IMG/VR virus record: IMGVR_UViG_3300010965_000001
Location: 1 to 64,000 of that record
Strand: one strand, 5' to 3'
From: a virus
Taxonomy: Duplodnaviria > Caudoviricetes
DNA: 64,000 nucleotides
In this document: positions 54,635-64,000 of the stretch, in pieces
Layout of the letters: each line of letters starts with the position of its first letter
Numbering within the stretch: position 1 is the first letter of the stretch
Notes under the pieces: model-generated
The model's input: only the letters and a program-made list of their open reading frames with translations
Told to the model about the DNA's origin: nothing
Database searches by the model: none
Program-made: the position numbers and the translations under genes

Positions 54635-56318
54635 AATTTTCAATGATTTGTTTGTAATAGTTTTCGTATGCCATGTCGTTATTTATATTGTACGTCAATG
54701 CTGTCTGTAAATTCTCCTTGATTGCATCCATCATTGAAAAATACTTCTTCTCCGTAAGTTCTGATAATATGGTATCCAATTCTTCTTGTGTCGTAAATGT
54801 GATGATTCCGTCTTTGTTAAAGAAATCTCCTACATTTGGACAACCGTAATAAATTGGAACTGTACCTGTTAAGAAACAATCTGTCAATTTTTCAGTAAAT
54901 GCATTTGTGTCCACCACATTCTCAATCGCCACATTGAACATATAGGGATGGAGTGCATCCAACTTGCTCGGAATCTCCCGTATCCCTCTACCGAATACTT
55001 CTACTCTATCATTGATTGAATTAACAAACTTCATCCGTTGAATGTGACCAGGAAGTGTAGTCTTATTTGAAGTTACACATGACACCTTCTTCGTCTTTGG
55101 ATATAACCGAAATGCCTGCATTGGAAAATCATATGTCTCCATAATATCTGACTTATACGGACGTAAGTTATGCCGTGGTGGGAAGGGTAATGGATTATCA
55201 ATGATGTTGAACTGCGACACCTCTGTGATATTGCATCTCATTGCATTTGGCAGTTTCAACAGTTCTTCATCATACGTCAAGATTGCGGCAAACTTGTCGT
55301 AATTCCGTAAGAGTGCGGCGTGCACTTCCTTACCGTAGTAGTCACGATGTTCTCCGACTCTTGCCACAATAGGAACATTCCGATTGATAACGATGGAACC
55401 GTTTAAATATTCCAAAATTCCATTATCTATCAACAGTGTCATATCATACTCACCATCTGACTGGTCGTAACAGAATGTAAACTTGGTAGGTATGTTATGA
55501 AACTCCACATATTCATGGAATACATTTATCTGTGGTAACTTCTCACCAGACAATCCTTCTTTGTATGTTTTACGTGTTCTGATTTCCACTTCGTATTTTG
55601 CATTATCAGTTGTTTCACGTGCCGCGGTGCGAACTGCACTGGATTTGGATTGGTTGTAGACATACGTGTAAAAGTCACAAACACCAATTTTCTCTTTAGG
55701 ACACATTTCCATGAGTGGGAACATCTCTATCAAATCCCCAGCATGCCATGCCAACTTATTGTCGATGTGTGAATAATAATCATTATCGTCATATGCATAC
55801 CACAGAAATCCTCTAAAGGTTCTTAAATGGCTTGCTCTCCACGTATCACGTTTGTAAAATTTGTATTTGTGTACGAAGTCTGGATAAGGAGTATTTTGTG
55901 GGAATGGTATGCCAGCACCTTCCAAATCACCCTCACCATCCCAACATACAAATGCACCATACGTCATCCAATAGTTACCTTTATCATAAAAGTCACTAAG
56001 TTTCTGCAATACGTTTTCATCATACAACCAATCATCACCATCGATTCGAACCACAATATCATCAAGAAGTATATCAAAATCTTTCATGTGTTGTGTGGAG
56101 TTGAACGTGCCGCCCATACGTTCTGTGTTGATAATAATCTTAAATCGTGGGTCATCTCCGACTGCTTGTTTAACTAACTCAGCCGTGTTATCATCGCACA
56201 AATCAACCACATACAAGACTTCGTAGTTTGTATATGACTGATTTAAGATACTTGCAATGTTGTATTCTACCCACGATTCGTTATTGTATGAGGTGACTAT
56301 CAATTTGAATCTATTCAT
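54612..56318 (-). CDS. GT2 glycosyltransferase fused to GT10 fucosyltransferase-like domain
   Basis: RIDGDDWL; FNVAIEN..FTEKLTDCFLTGTVPIYYG. Confidence 0.8.
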   Translation of the reverse strand: MNRFKLIVTSYNNESWVEYNIASILNQSYTNYEVLYVVDLCDDNTAELVKQAVGDDPRFKIIINTERMGGTFNSTQHMKDFDILLDDIVVRIDGDDWLYDENVLQKLSDFYDKGNYWMTYGAFVCWDGEGDLEGAGIPFPQNTPYPDFVHKYKFYKRDTWRASHLRTFRGFLWYAYDDNDYYSHIDNKLAWHAGDLIEMFPLMEMCPKEKIGVCDFYTYVYNQSKSSAVRTAARETTDNAKYEVEIRTRKTYKEGLSGEKLPQINVFHEYVEFHNIPTKFTFCYDQSDGEYDMTLLIDNGILEYLNGSIVINRNVPIVARVGEHRDYYGKEVHAALLRNYDKFAAILTYDEELLKLPNAMRCNITEVSQFNIIDNPLPFPPRHNLRPYKSDIMETYDFPMQAFRLYPKTKKVSCVTSNKTTLPGHIQRMKFVNSINDRVEVFGRGIREIPSKLDALHPYMFNVAIENVVDTNAFTEKLTDCFLTGTVPIYYGCPNVGDFFNKDGIITFTTQEELDTILSELTEKKYFSMMDAIKENLQTALTYNINNDMAYENYYKQIIENYGNNRNI

Positions 56319-56328
56319 GTATAACCTT

Positions 56329-57201
56329 TTAGTTTTCGTTGTCGATGTTAATCCATGACGGCGGATACCAATTGCCGTTTATCCATGCTAAGTCGTGATT
56401 CTTTTTAAGATAATTTGTAGGACATATAACCTTTTTATTTGGATTTTTGTTTAAGTATGCTCCCCACCAACTGAATGAACTATTTGCAATTACATTGTGG
56501 TCACACATACTCATTAATGCCAAATCTGAAAGTTCCGTATCTGTGCTTTGTTGATGTTCATTTCGTGCTTCGATGAAGACTACATTGTCACCTTCAAACA
56601 AATCTTTGACATATCCAATATCATTAGAAAACACCACAAATCCAACACCTTTGAATTTGTTGATTGCGTCAACGTAGTAGTCTGTTGATAACTCACAAAA
56701 TGAATGCCACGGTAATAAATAGTCTCCACGCCTCACATGAATGCTGACTAATTCCTTATCACCAAAATAATTTTTAATATCTTTCAACTTCATTTCCGCT
56801 GTTCTACGACTATAAGTTTCGAACTCCATATTAGCCATTTCACAACCAACTACGTCATGCCAATACGTGTAAAGGTCAAATCTGCCAATGTAGTCGTAAT
56901 TGAGATTTGGGTCAAGGTCTAACACTGTCTTGTCAAATGGAATGGAACCATCAATTGTCTTCTTCGTGAAGTCATTGAAAAATTCATGTGGGAGAATCTC
57001 ATAATCCAACTTCAACAATTCTCCAACTTTAATGTCACCGTATGAACCTTTAACAAATGGTTGAAGTCCGTCCATCATCCTCTGAGAGAATGCGATACGT
57101 CTTCCTGTCTGTCTTGCGATTGATAATAGTGCGGCATAGTTCCCAAGTTGGGAACCCACACCACCTAACGCACCTAAACTGCTTAACGTTATGTATTTCA
57201 T
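56329..57201 (-). CDS. alpha-1,2-fucosyltransferase (GT11)
   Basis: GSQLGNYA, HVRRGDY, FSND, NSSFSWWGA. Confidence 0.9.
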   Translation of the reverse strand: MKYITLSSLGALGGVGSQLGNYAALLSIARQTGRRIAFSQRMMDGLQPFVKGSYGDIKVGELLKLDYEILPHEFFNDFTKKTIDGSIPFDKTVLDLDPNLNYDYIGRFDLYTYWHDVVGCEMANMEFETYSRRTAEMKLKDIKNYFGDKELVSIHVRRGDYLLPWHSFCELSTDYYVDAINKFKGVGFVVFSNDIGYVKDLFEGDNVVFIEARNEHQQSTDTELSDLALMSMCDHNVIANSSFSWWGAYLNKNPNKKVICPTNYLKKNHDLAWINGNWYPPSWINIDNEN

Positions 57202-57202
57202 A

Positions 57203-58573
57203 TTAGTATGCCTTTACAAAATAATCTCGCATGAATCGTTCCACAACAACTTCAATGTAATCCAACTGTTCATCCGTAATTCCAGGATATACCCCGAGGA
57301 AGAATGAATCCAACGTTGACTTAGTTGCCACTGGAAATTCTCTTCTTGGATTTACATACTTGCTAGCTTGGTCAACGTACGCTGGATGAAGTAGTGCATT
57401 CCCCGTAAAGTACGAACGTGTCTGAACTTTCTTATGTTCGAACCACGACATCAGTTGGTCTTTTGTAAATGGTGATTCATCCTTAATCGTAAGAAGGAAT
57501 CCAAACCACGACACATCCGCCCCAAACTCCGCCAGTGGCATGTGGAGATACTTCCGATATGGATAGAATATTTCACACAACCTCGCGTGGTTCTTCTTTC
57601 TCTTCGCGTGCATTTCATCCAACTTGTCAATTTGTTCCAATCCAATTGCAGTCTGCATTTCAATTGGTTTTAAGTTATATCCGATTTCATCAAACACATA
57701 ACGATGGTCAAATGTTATATCGTCATGTCCCTTGAACCAACACTTAAACCGATTGCCACATGCAGTCCCATCGATGACATCACCAGGTTTGTTTGTATTA
57801 CAATGACATGCCCTACCCCAATCACGGAGACTTGACACGACTATCCGTTCCTTCATCGTGTTCACTCCAACGAACCCACCTTCACCCATTGTCATGTGAT
57901 GTGCTGGGAAGAATGAACAACTTGAAAGATGTCCAAATGACCCCAACACCTGCCCCTTGTACGTAGAACCAAGTGCATCACATGCATCTTCTAAGAATAT
58001 CAAATTGTATTCTTTGACAATTCTCATAACTCTATCCATGTCAGGAGGATTTCCTAAAACGTGTGCGAATATGATTCCTTTGATTTCTTTGGCAGTATCT
58101 AACTTCAAAACTGCTTCCACTTGGTCTAAGTCTAAATTCAAACTTGGAAGTGTGACATCTACGAAGACAGGTTCGAACCCATTCTGAATGATTGGATTGA
58201 GTGTTGTAGGGAAGCATAATACAGGTGTGATGAACTTCGAACCAACTGGAAGGTTATACAACCGTTTCGACTTCATTGCGGCGAGCATTAACAAATTTGC
58301 AGATGAACCTGAATTGACTACTACACCATCCTTCTTTCCAAGTTTCGGTGCGAACTTCGTTTCAAACTTACGTGCGGTCTCTCCCAAAATCAACCACTCC
58401 GATAGGAGAGATGTGATTGCGGCAGTGTATTCCTTCTCATTGAAGAACGGACCAGAATAATGAATCCAATCTTTACCAGCAACCCACTTCTTTGCCTTCT
58501 TTGTTTTGATATACGAACTTACAACTTTTAAAATGATTTTATGTTTCAACTTCTGAATTGTGTCATTAAACAT
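57203..58573 (-). CDS. rfbH: CDP-4-keto-6-deoxyglucose 3-dehydrase (RfbH/E1; DegT family)
   Basis: NSGSSANL, FPTT, EDACDALG, SFFPAHHMTMGEGG (His instead of Lys), RDWGR. Confidence 0.85.
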   Translation of the reverse strand: MFNDTIQKLKHKIILKVVSSYIKTKKAKKWVAGKDWIHYSGPFFNEKEYTAAITSLLSEWLILGETARKFETKFAPKLGKKDGVVVNSGSSANLLMLAAMKSKRLYNLPVGSKFITPVLCFPTTLNPIIQNGFEPVFVDVTLPSLNLDLDQVEAVLKLDTAKEIKGIIFAHVLGNPPDMDRVMRIVKEYNLIFLEDACDALGSTYKGQVLGSFGHLSSCSFFPAHHMTMGEGGFVGVNTMKERIVVSSLRDWGRACHCNTNKPGDVIDGTACGNRFKCWFKGHDDITFDHRYVFDEIGYNLKPIEMQTAIGLEQIDKLDEMHAKRKKNHARLCEIFYPYRKYLHMPLAEFGADVSWFGFLLTIKDESPFTKDQLMSWFEHKKVQTRSYFTGNALLHPAYVDQASKYVNPRREFPVATKSTLDSFFLGVYPGITDEQLDYIEVVVERFMRDYFVKAY

Positions 58574-59513
58574 TTTTATCTCCACGATATAGGATATTAT
58601 AAACTTTTTGGATTCCGTTAACAAAGTGCGTGAATTCAAAATTTGGAATAAGATTTACCATTTTATTAATACTTACATCTTTACGGTATTGACCGTCGGG
58701 ATATGTACTGTCATACCAAATATCCCAATCTTCATGCCCCAATGCCAATAGTGTCATTCGTGCTAATTCATCTATACTGAAATTTTGACCGACAGGGGCG
58801 ACATTGAAACTTTCAGTAATATCGTACTCAACCATATCTCCCAACACTCTCGCCAAGTCTCCAGCATACATAAATTGACGTAACGGCTTTCCAGTCCCCA
58901 TTAATTTAATAGTCTTATCTCCATACTCCTCAGCGCGCTGAATCTTTGATAGAAGTGCCGTCACAAAATGTGGTTTGTTAGCATTACGTCCGTAAATTAC
59001 GTCATACTCACTATAGAGATTGGAAGGTATTACGTAATTGTAGTTAGTTTTGTACTGTTGATTGTATGCGTCTATTTGAACTGCCATACATCGTTTCGCA
59101 TATCCATAACTGAAATTGGTTTCTGCTGGTGGTCCGAGATGTAAATCCGTTTCCACCATTGGATACTTGTCCATTACATCAGGATAGATGCATGTACTCA
59201 GTATACCAGTGAATCGTTCAACATTATATTTATGTGCGTACTTTACCATCAAAGTATTCATTAAAATATTTTGGTCGAAGAAGTCGGCTGGGTGCATCAT
59301 ATTATCCATGATACCACCAACTTTCCCCGCGGCGTGTATAATTCGTTGTGGACGATTTGCAGAAATCATATATTCGACATGGACAGGGTTTGTCAAGTCA
59401 AATTCTTCACCGAAATTGTCTTTGGTGACAAAAACGGCAGATGGGAACTGCTCGCGGAGATGTTTTCCCACCATGCCGTTCCCACCTGTTATTAGTAATT
59501 CGTTATCAAACAT
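58566..59513 (-). CDS. fcl: GDP-L-fucose synthase
   Basis: TGGNGMVG, AGKVGG, STCIYP, YGYAKR, GTGKPLRQF. Confidence 0.88.
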   Translation of the reverse strand: MFDNELLITGGNGMVGKHLREQFPSAVFVTKDNFGEEFDLTNPVHVEYMISANRPQRIIHAAGKVGGIMDNMMHPADFFDQNILMNTLMVKYAHKYNVERFTGILSTCIYPDVMDKYPMVETDLHLGPPAETNFSYGYAKRCMAVQIDAYNQQYKTNYNYVIPSNLYSEYDVIYGRNANKPHFVTALLSKIQRAEEYGDKTIKLMGTGKPLRQFMYAGDLARVLGDMVEYDITESFNVAPVGQNFSIDELARMTLLALGHEDWDIWYDSTYPDGQYRKDVSINKMVNLIPNFEFTHFVNGIQKVYNILYRGDKNV

Positions 59514-59545
59514 ATCAGAACCTATTAGTCTACTTGTATAATAAT

Positions 59546-59574
59546 AATATACGAAATTATTTAGTCAAAGTCAA
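59546..59574 (-). promoter_or_regulatory. sigma70-like promoter heading the sugar operon
   Basis: TTGACT-17-TATATT. Confidence 0.75.
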
Positions 59575-59575
59575 C

Positions 59576-60361
59576 TCACAACCATTCTTTTAATTCAATA
59601 AATTCACATCCCAATTTATCAATGATTTCAAGTTTTCTTCGTTCATCTTTTTCAGATTTACTACGATGTGCTTTTTCATAATATTCAATCACAACATTCT
59701 TTTCTTTGTCATATCCATCGACAAAGTATCCAAGTTCTTCAATATAATATTCACCACCATTAAGTGCATGTTGAAAATTATAATTATGTTGTTTCCCATA
59801 TTCCTCAATCACATCACATGCTTTTTTATTATATCGGGGAGCGATTCCAAGTTTCTTAAATCGTTCTACAGCTGCTCGACGTAAAATACATCTATTTTCT
59901 GGATTAATATATCGTAATGACTGTGATTCCGACATTTTTTTCCGAGTTTCTTCTGTGTGCCGACTTCCAAGTAAACGTTCCGATGTTTTCTTACACTGTT
60001 CAATTGGTTGTGTTTTCCCAGTATTGGCAATAGATAAATTTTTTCGATGCTCTTCTGAAAATTCCTTTTCTTTTGCTGCACAAGATTTACATCTGCGATT
60101 TAATTTTACATATCGATTGAACTGATATAAATTATTACATTTGATTGATTCACCACAACTCGGACAATTACGAAAATACTCTCCAACCCTGTTCAAATTA
60201 CATATGTTTTGTGCTAATTTATTCTTAACTTTTGATTCTTCTGTAACTTTAGAAGCACGTTGTAATTTATGAGCAATCTTACGTTCATCTTCTGTATGAT
60301 ATAACTTTGGTCTTCCCATAGGTATCTCCATTAATTGAGTATACATATAAGTATCAAGCAT
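59576..60361 (-). mobile_element. free-standing NUMOD3-containing homing-endonuclease-like gene
   Basis: NUMOD3-like SEEHRKNLS and HTEETRKKMSES; C-terminal VDGYD..VIEYYE..H nuclease-like motif. Confidence 0.7.
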
Positions 60362-60378
60362 TTTGATTTTCCTGCTGA

Positions 60379-60996
60379 TTAATGTATGGTACTATACAGT
60401 TGGTTCTGAATAGTCTGTTTTTCGATACTTTTTATGTGATAAATAGCCAATTCCTCATAGTCTGGAAACCGTCCGATGCTCTTTGCACCGTCCAACTTCT
60501 CATGGACAGGCTTAACCCACTTAATATTTGGGTCATTCCGATAGATTCTACATTGTGGGTCATGCGGCCAGTTAATCCATCCCTTATCATTCACAATCCA
60601 TCCCCATTTTGCAATATGTTCATTTGTGATGCCTTCTACGATGTTGATGCGTGGAACCCACATTGCATCAGCCTCATCATTCATGTCAAGAATGTCACGA
60701 AGGTTATCTAACAAATTAACGTTGGGAAGTTCATCTGCATCAATGTTGAAAATCCATTTCTGCGTACAGCAACTATTCATAAAATTCTTTAACGCCGAAA
60801 AATCGTTTTTGAATAGGAAACTAAAACTTTTAACGTTATTATTCCCTGCCAAATACGCCGTAATATCTTTGTCAGCACAGGATGCGTCTTGAACGATAAT
60901 GATTTCATCGTCTTCCCTCTTATATTGTGAAAGTCTTTCGACTAAGGCTGTTAATTCCTTAAGTTCGTCCTTGACTGTAATTGCATAACTAATCAT
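60379..60996 (-). CDS. glycosyltransferase family 2
   Basis: ISYAITV, IDADE, PVHE. Confidence 0.85.
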   Translation of the reverse strand: MISYAITVKDELKELTALVERLSQYKREDDEIIIVQDASCADKDITAYLAGNNNVKSFSFLFKNDFSALKNFMNSCCTQKWIFNIDADELPNVNLLDNLRDILDMNDEADAMWVPRINIVEGITNEHIAKWGWIVNDKGWINWPHDPQCRIYRNDPNIKWVKPVHEKLDGAKSIGRFPDYEELAIYHIKSIEKQTIQNQLYSTIH

Positions 60997-61007
60997 ATTA
61001 TACCTCT

Positions 61008-61472
61008 TTATTTAATAGAGTTGTAAAAAGCGGAACCTGTAATCATTGTGTTGTTTATATTAATGAAATCCTTCTTCCATTCCCAATTGTCCATCACGCA
61101 TGATTGGAACTCTTGGCGGTCGAGTTCTGCCACTCTGTCTAAACTGAAATCCAACATTGAAATTGCTGTGTCATAATCTTCCAAGTAACTGATTGGTTTT
61201 GTGACCATCACCCACTGTAAATTAATAGATGGGTCTTTTTCGAAGTTGGTAGATTCTTCTAAAATTCTGGCGACAAGTTTTTCATATTTTGCTTTTTCAT
61301 CCTGCAAACGTTCTTGTATTTTATTAATAACAACAACCTTGTAGGCTTCTACTGCTTCGTTGTATGCAGTTTCGTGTGATGCTCGATTCTCACGTACCTT
61401 ATCCATTAACCTACGTTTGTCAATTCGTACACAATCCATTGTTACATAATTTTCTTGCTGTTCCATAATCAC
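61008..61472 (-). CDS. hypothetical phage protein
   Basis: Helical ORF. Confidence 0.7.
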   Translation of the reverse strand: MIMEQQENYVTMDCVRIDKRRLMDKVRENRASHETAYNEAVEAYKVVVINKIQERLQDEKAKYEKLVARILEESTNFEKDPSINLQWVMVTKPISYLEDYDTAISMLDFSLDRVAELDRQEFQSCVMDNWEWKKDFININNTMITGSAFYNSIK

Positions 61473-61885
61473 TCTCCGATTTTTAATAATTTAAATGCTT
61501 CTTTCAACTCAGTTGACTTGAAAGTCTTTTTTCTGTATTCGTCTGGTTTTTCTTTTTTGCCAGGATTCTTACGTTTCTCATCGTCAGTCAAATCTATGTA
61601 CGGCATGTATACCCACTCCAGTTTTGCCGTTGTTCCTTGTGGATACAACACTCCGATTTTTGGAATGTCGAAGGAAATGGGAAACCAATACAACCCAGTA
61701 TCACAATCCTTCCACACCATATCCTTAGTCCTCATATCCATATTCACGATTGTAGGTTGAAACTCCAACCGTTTTGCTGTCCAATCGGAACGTGACCTAT
61801 ATCCACAAGTCTCACAAAAATATGCGGTGATGCCATTAGTGACATCTTCCAAACATCCTTCTGTATTACACTTTGGGCACTGCAT
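61469..61885 (-). CDS. zinc-ribbon hypothetical protein
   Basis: CPKC..CETCGY. Confidence 0.7.
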   Translation of the reverse strand: MQCPKCNTEGCLEDVTNGITAYFCETCGYRSRSDWTAKRLEFQPTIVNMDMRTKDMVWKDCDTGLYWFPISFDIPKIGVLYPQGTTAKLEWVYMPYIDLTDDEKRKNPGKKEKPDEYRKKTFKSTELKEAFKLLKIGE

Positions 61886-62684
61886 CCGTATACCTCCACT
61901 TATAACCATATGCACTATTTTGTTGTTGTCTGCAGCACCCACCGATATTACCTTTGGTAATTGGAATTTTTCCAATATCAACACATGCAGCAGAAATACT
62001 TTTATGAGTTTTAATAAAATTACCATTTATGTCATATTGATTTACTGCGCGCGGTTCTCTACCAAGTCGTTTACGTTTATCTTCTTCTGACATGCGGCGA
62101 TTCTTATTTGGTATGTATATTCCAAGTTCTGTGAGATAATTTTTAACAGTAGAATAACTACTATTTAAAAATATACACAATTCTTTAAGTGTCATTGTAT
62201 CATACAAAGTTATAATTTCGTCCCTACGTGGACTCAATTTTCTAACACCCACATTAGACGCTGATGCAAGTTTAAAATTATCTATGCTAATATTTACTCG
62301 TTCACCAGAGTTATAACTATCGGACATTAATTTTTTGGATTTGGCTGAATGTTTTAAACCAGATACTCCCTCACCACCATTTGTTAAATTACAAAGAATT
62401 CCAGTTTTATTATCCCTTCTTCCATATTTTAAAATTTCAAATGTTTCCAATTGCAATGCACTTTCTTCTGATAATCCATCTTGTATTTTTTCATATTTAA
62501 TTTCACCACATTCACGTAATACTTTCGTTATCTTATTAAAAAGTAATTTATTACCATGTGGTACACTTCCACGAATCGTATCTTCTTCATGTCGATACAT
62601 TCTTGATTCGTGCAATCCTTTTCCAATATAAAATGGAATATCAGTTTTTGGATGCTTTAAACAATATACATAATAATCATTCAT
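61866..62684 (-). mobile_element. GIY-YIG (LEM-3-like) homing endonuclease with NUMOD3/NUMOD1 domains
   Basis: YYVYCL..PFYIGKG, LCNLTNGGEG, VNQYDING, YGYKW. Confidence 0.8.
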
Positions 62685-62721
62685 GTCAATAAATATAAAC
62701 CAATTTAAGTAAAACTTCAAT

Positions 62722-64000
62722 TTATATGGATTTTGATAAATTAATCCTCTTTAAAGTGGGTAATTTCAACTTAACGTCCGCTGGAAATTCAGGAACATAT
62801 TTGTCGAATACCTGTTTGAAGATTTCATGCATGTGCTCTAAACTGAAATTCTGTTTTGCATAATCTTTCTGTCGTGTACACATTGCCTTCGCACCCTTAT
62901 AGTCCTTGTAGACATTATACATTGCGTTAGCGGCTTGATTGTGGTCAATGTAGAACCATTGGCTCTCCTGTAAGATTACCTTATCCCATGCGGCTGATGG
63001 GTCTACGTTTTGTAACTTACCACCGATTAACATATTGTAATCTTTGTGTAAGAAGTCAACATGTCCACTCCAATTTGAAGCGATGATTGGCTTACCACTT
63101 AAACTTGCTTCAAGTAATGGTCTGCCGAATCCTTCTCCCTTGGTAAATGACACATGTGCCTTCACCTTGCCGTGGTTGTAGAGTCCGTTCATTTCTTCTG
63201 CGGTTAAGTCACCGTGGAGAAGATAGATGTTCGGGAGTGATACCTTGTCCTGTGGTGTGACACTCTCACCAATCTGACGAATCTTACTAAGAATTTCTTC
63301 TCTATCCATCACACTGAATGTTGCTCCACTTGTCTTTAAGATTAATGCTGGAGGATGAGTTTCACGTTTGAATGTCTCCAAGAATACTTTAACTAACATG
63401 CCAACATCTTTACGGTCTGCACCAGCATTACCCTTCAACCAGTGACCTACGAACAGATAACAGAAGTCTTCCTTTATCTCATTCAATTCAAAACGGATTG
63501 ATGGTGGTACATGTGATGTCTCATTGTAGATATTCAGGTCAGCACCTTCAAAGATAACTTCGATAGGCACGTTGGTTCTCAACTCACCAGTCTTAGTCTT
63601 TGTTTGGTCGTTCATAATATCATAATGTGTTGAATCGAATACATCCTTTGAGAACTTTGAAGGAACGATGACCATATTCATTCGGTTCATACCTTCAATC
63701 CATTCAGGTGCGCACGCCGTAGTTTCAATACCAGCAGTGATTCCAATGTTGTACTTACCAACAGGTTGAAACTCATTGGGAACGGTTATTTGAACCCAAA
63801 CTTCTGGTTGTCGTGGTATCTGATTGTTGTTTGGAAGAATGCGTTTAATCATCTCTTGATGGATAGGGATGTTGGGGTCAAGTGCATTTCTACTGCAATT
63901 TCCCCACGGCTGACTGATTATCTTAATGTCGAATTTATCCATCTTCAACAGAGATGCGAAAATATCTCTCGCATGTTCCCCATATCCTGAGCGTGTGGCT
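62722..64000 (-). CDS. GT4-like glycosyltransferase (5' end beyond window)
   Basis: TRSGYGEHARD at window edge; KGEGFGRPLLEA. Confidence 0.85.
   Translation of the reverse strand, partial: ATRSGYGEHARDIFASLLKMDKFDIKIISQPWGNCSRNALDPNIPIHQEMIKRILPNNNQIPRQPEVWVQITVPNEFQPVGKYNIGITAGIETTACAPEWIEGMNRMNMVIVPSKFSKDVFDSTHYDIMNDQTKTKTGELRTNVPIEVIFEGADLNIYNETSHVPPSIRFELNEIKEDFCYLFVGHWLKGNAGADRKDVGMLVKVFLETFKRETHPPALILKTSGATFSVMDREEILSKIRQIGESVTPQDKVSLPNIYLLHGDLTAEEMNGLYNHGKVKAHVSFTKGEGFGRPLLEASLSGKPIIASNWSGHVDFLHKDYNMLIGGKLQNVDPSAAWDKVILQESQWFYIDHNQAANAMYNVYKDYKGAKAMCTRQKDYAKQNFSLEHMHEIFKQVFDKYVPEFPADVKLKLPTLKRINLSKSI

Noticed and set aside
26467-63990. Numerous plus-strand ORFs antisense to recognisable minus-strand genes
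   Set aside because: Shadow ORFs without RBS or motifs.
1-64000. Stop-codon reassignment
   Set aside because: Long enzymes are intact under the standard code, and TAA, TAG and TGA all terminate well-packed genes.

Overview
This window looks like part of a very large tailed dsDNA phage genome. It has densely packed small ORFs, sigma70-like promoters, Shine-Dalgarno sites and the standard genetic code, with no core capsid or terminase genes in view. Region 1-16.9 kb (minus strand) is an early or host-takeover-like block. It holds many TTGAC-17-TATCTT promoters, 11 of which carry a TGTTAC-N5-TGTTAC direct-repeat box (one only a half box). It also holds a MoxR-type AAA+ ATPase with a VWA/HExxH partner, a GP88-like Cys-cluster protein, two tRNA-like genes with long structured insertions in place of the anticodon loop, and a tandem-pseudoknot RNA. 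Region 16.9-18.5 kb is a divergent, repeat-rich, mostly non-coding hub. The most striking feature is a family of about 40 highly diverged ~70-aa paralogs in three tandem arrays (13.0-16.5 kb minus, 17.8-23.2 kb plus, 23.9-26.4 kb minus) plus one outlier. They share a C-terminal W-x3-M-x2-(A/C)N-x2-(W/Y/H) helix. Some carry a WGR-like domain or gp23-capsid-like peptides, and three are frameshifted. Region 26.4-40.6 kb holds probable late or virion genes, many starting with an M(I)KLxxLLxE-type leader, plus a DNA ligase, an amidase and PhoH. Region 40.7-64 kb is a glycan and unusual-sugar biosynthesis island with two free-standing homing-endonuclease-like genes. All assignments are by eye from motifs; no searches or folding were run.
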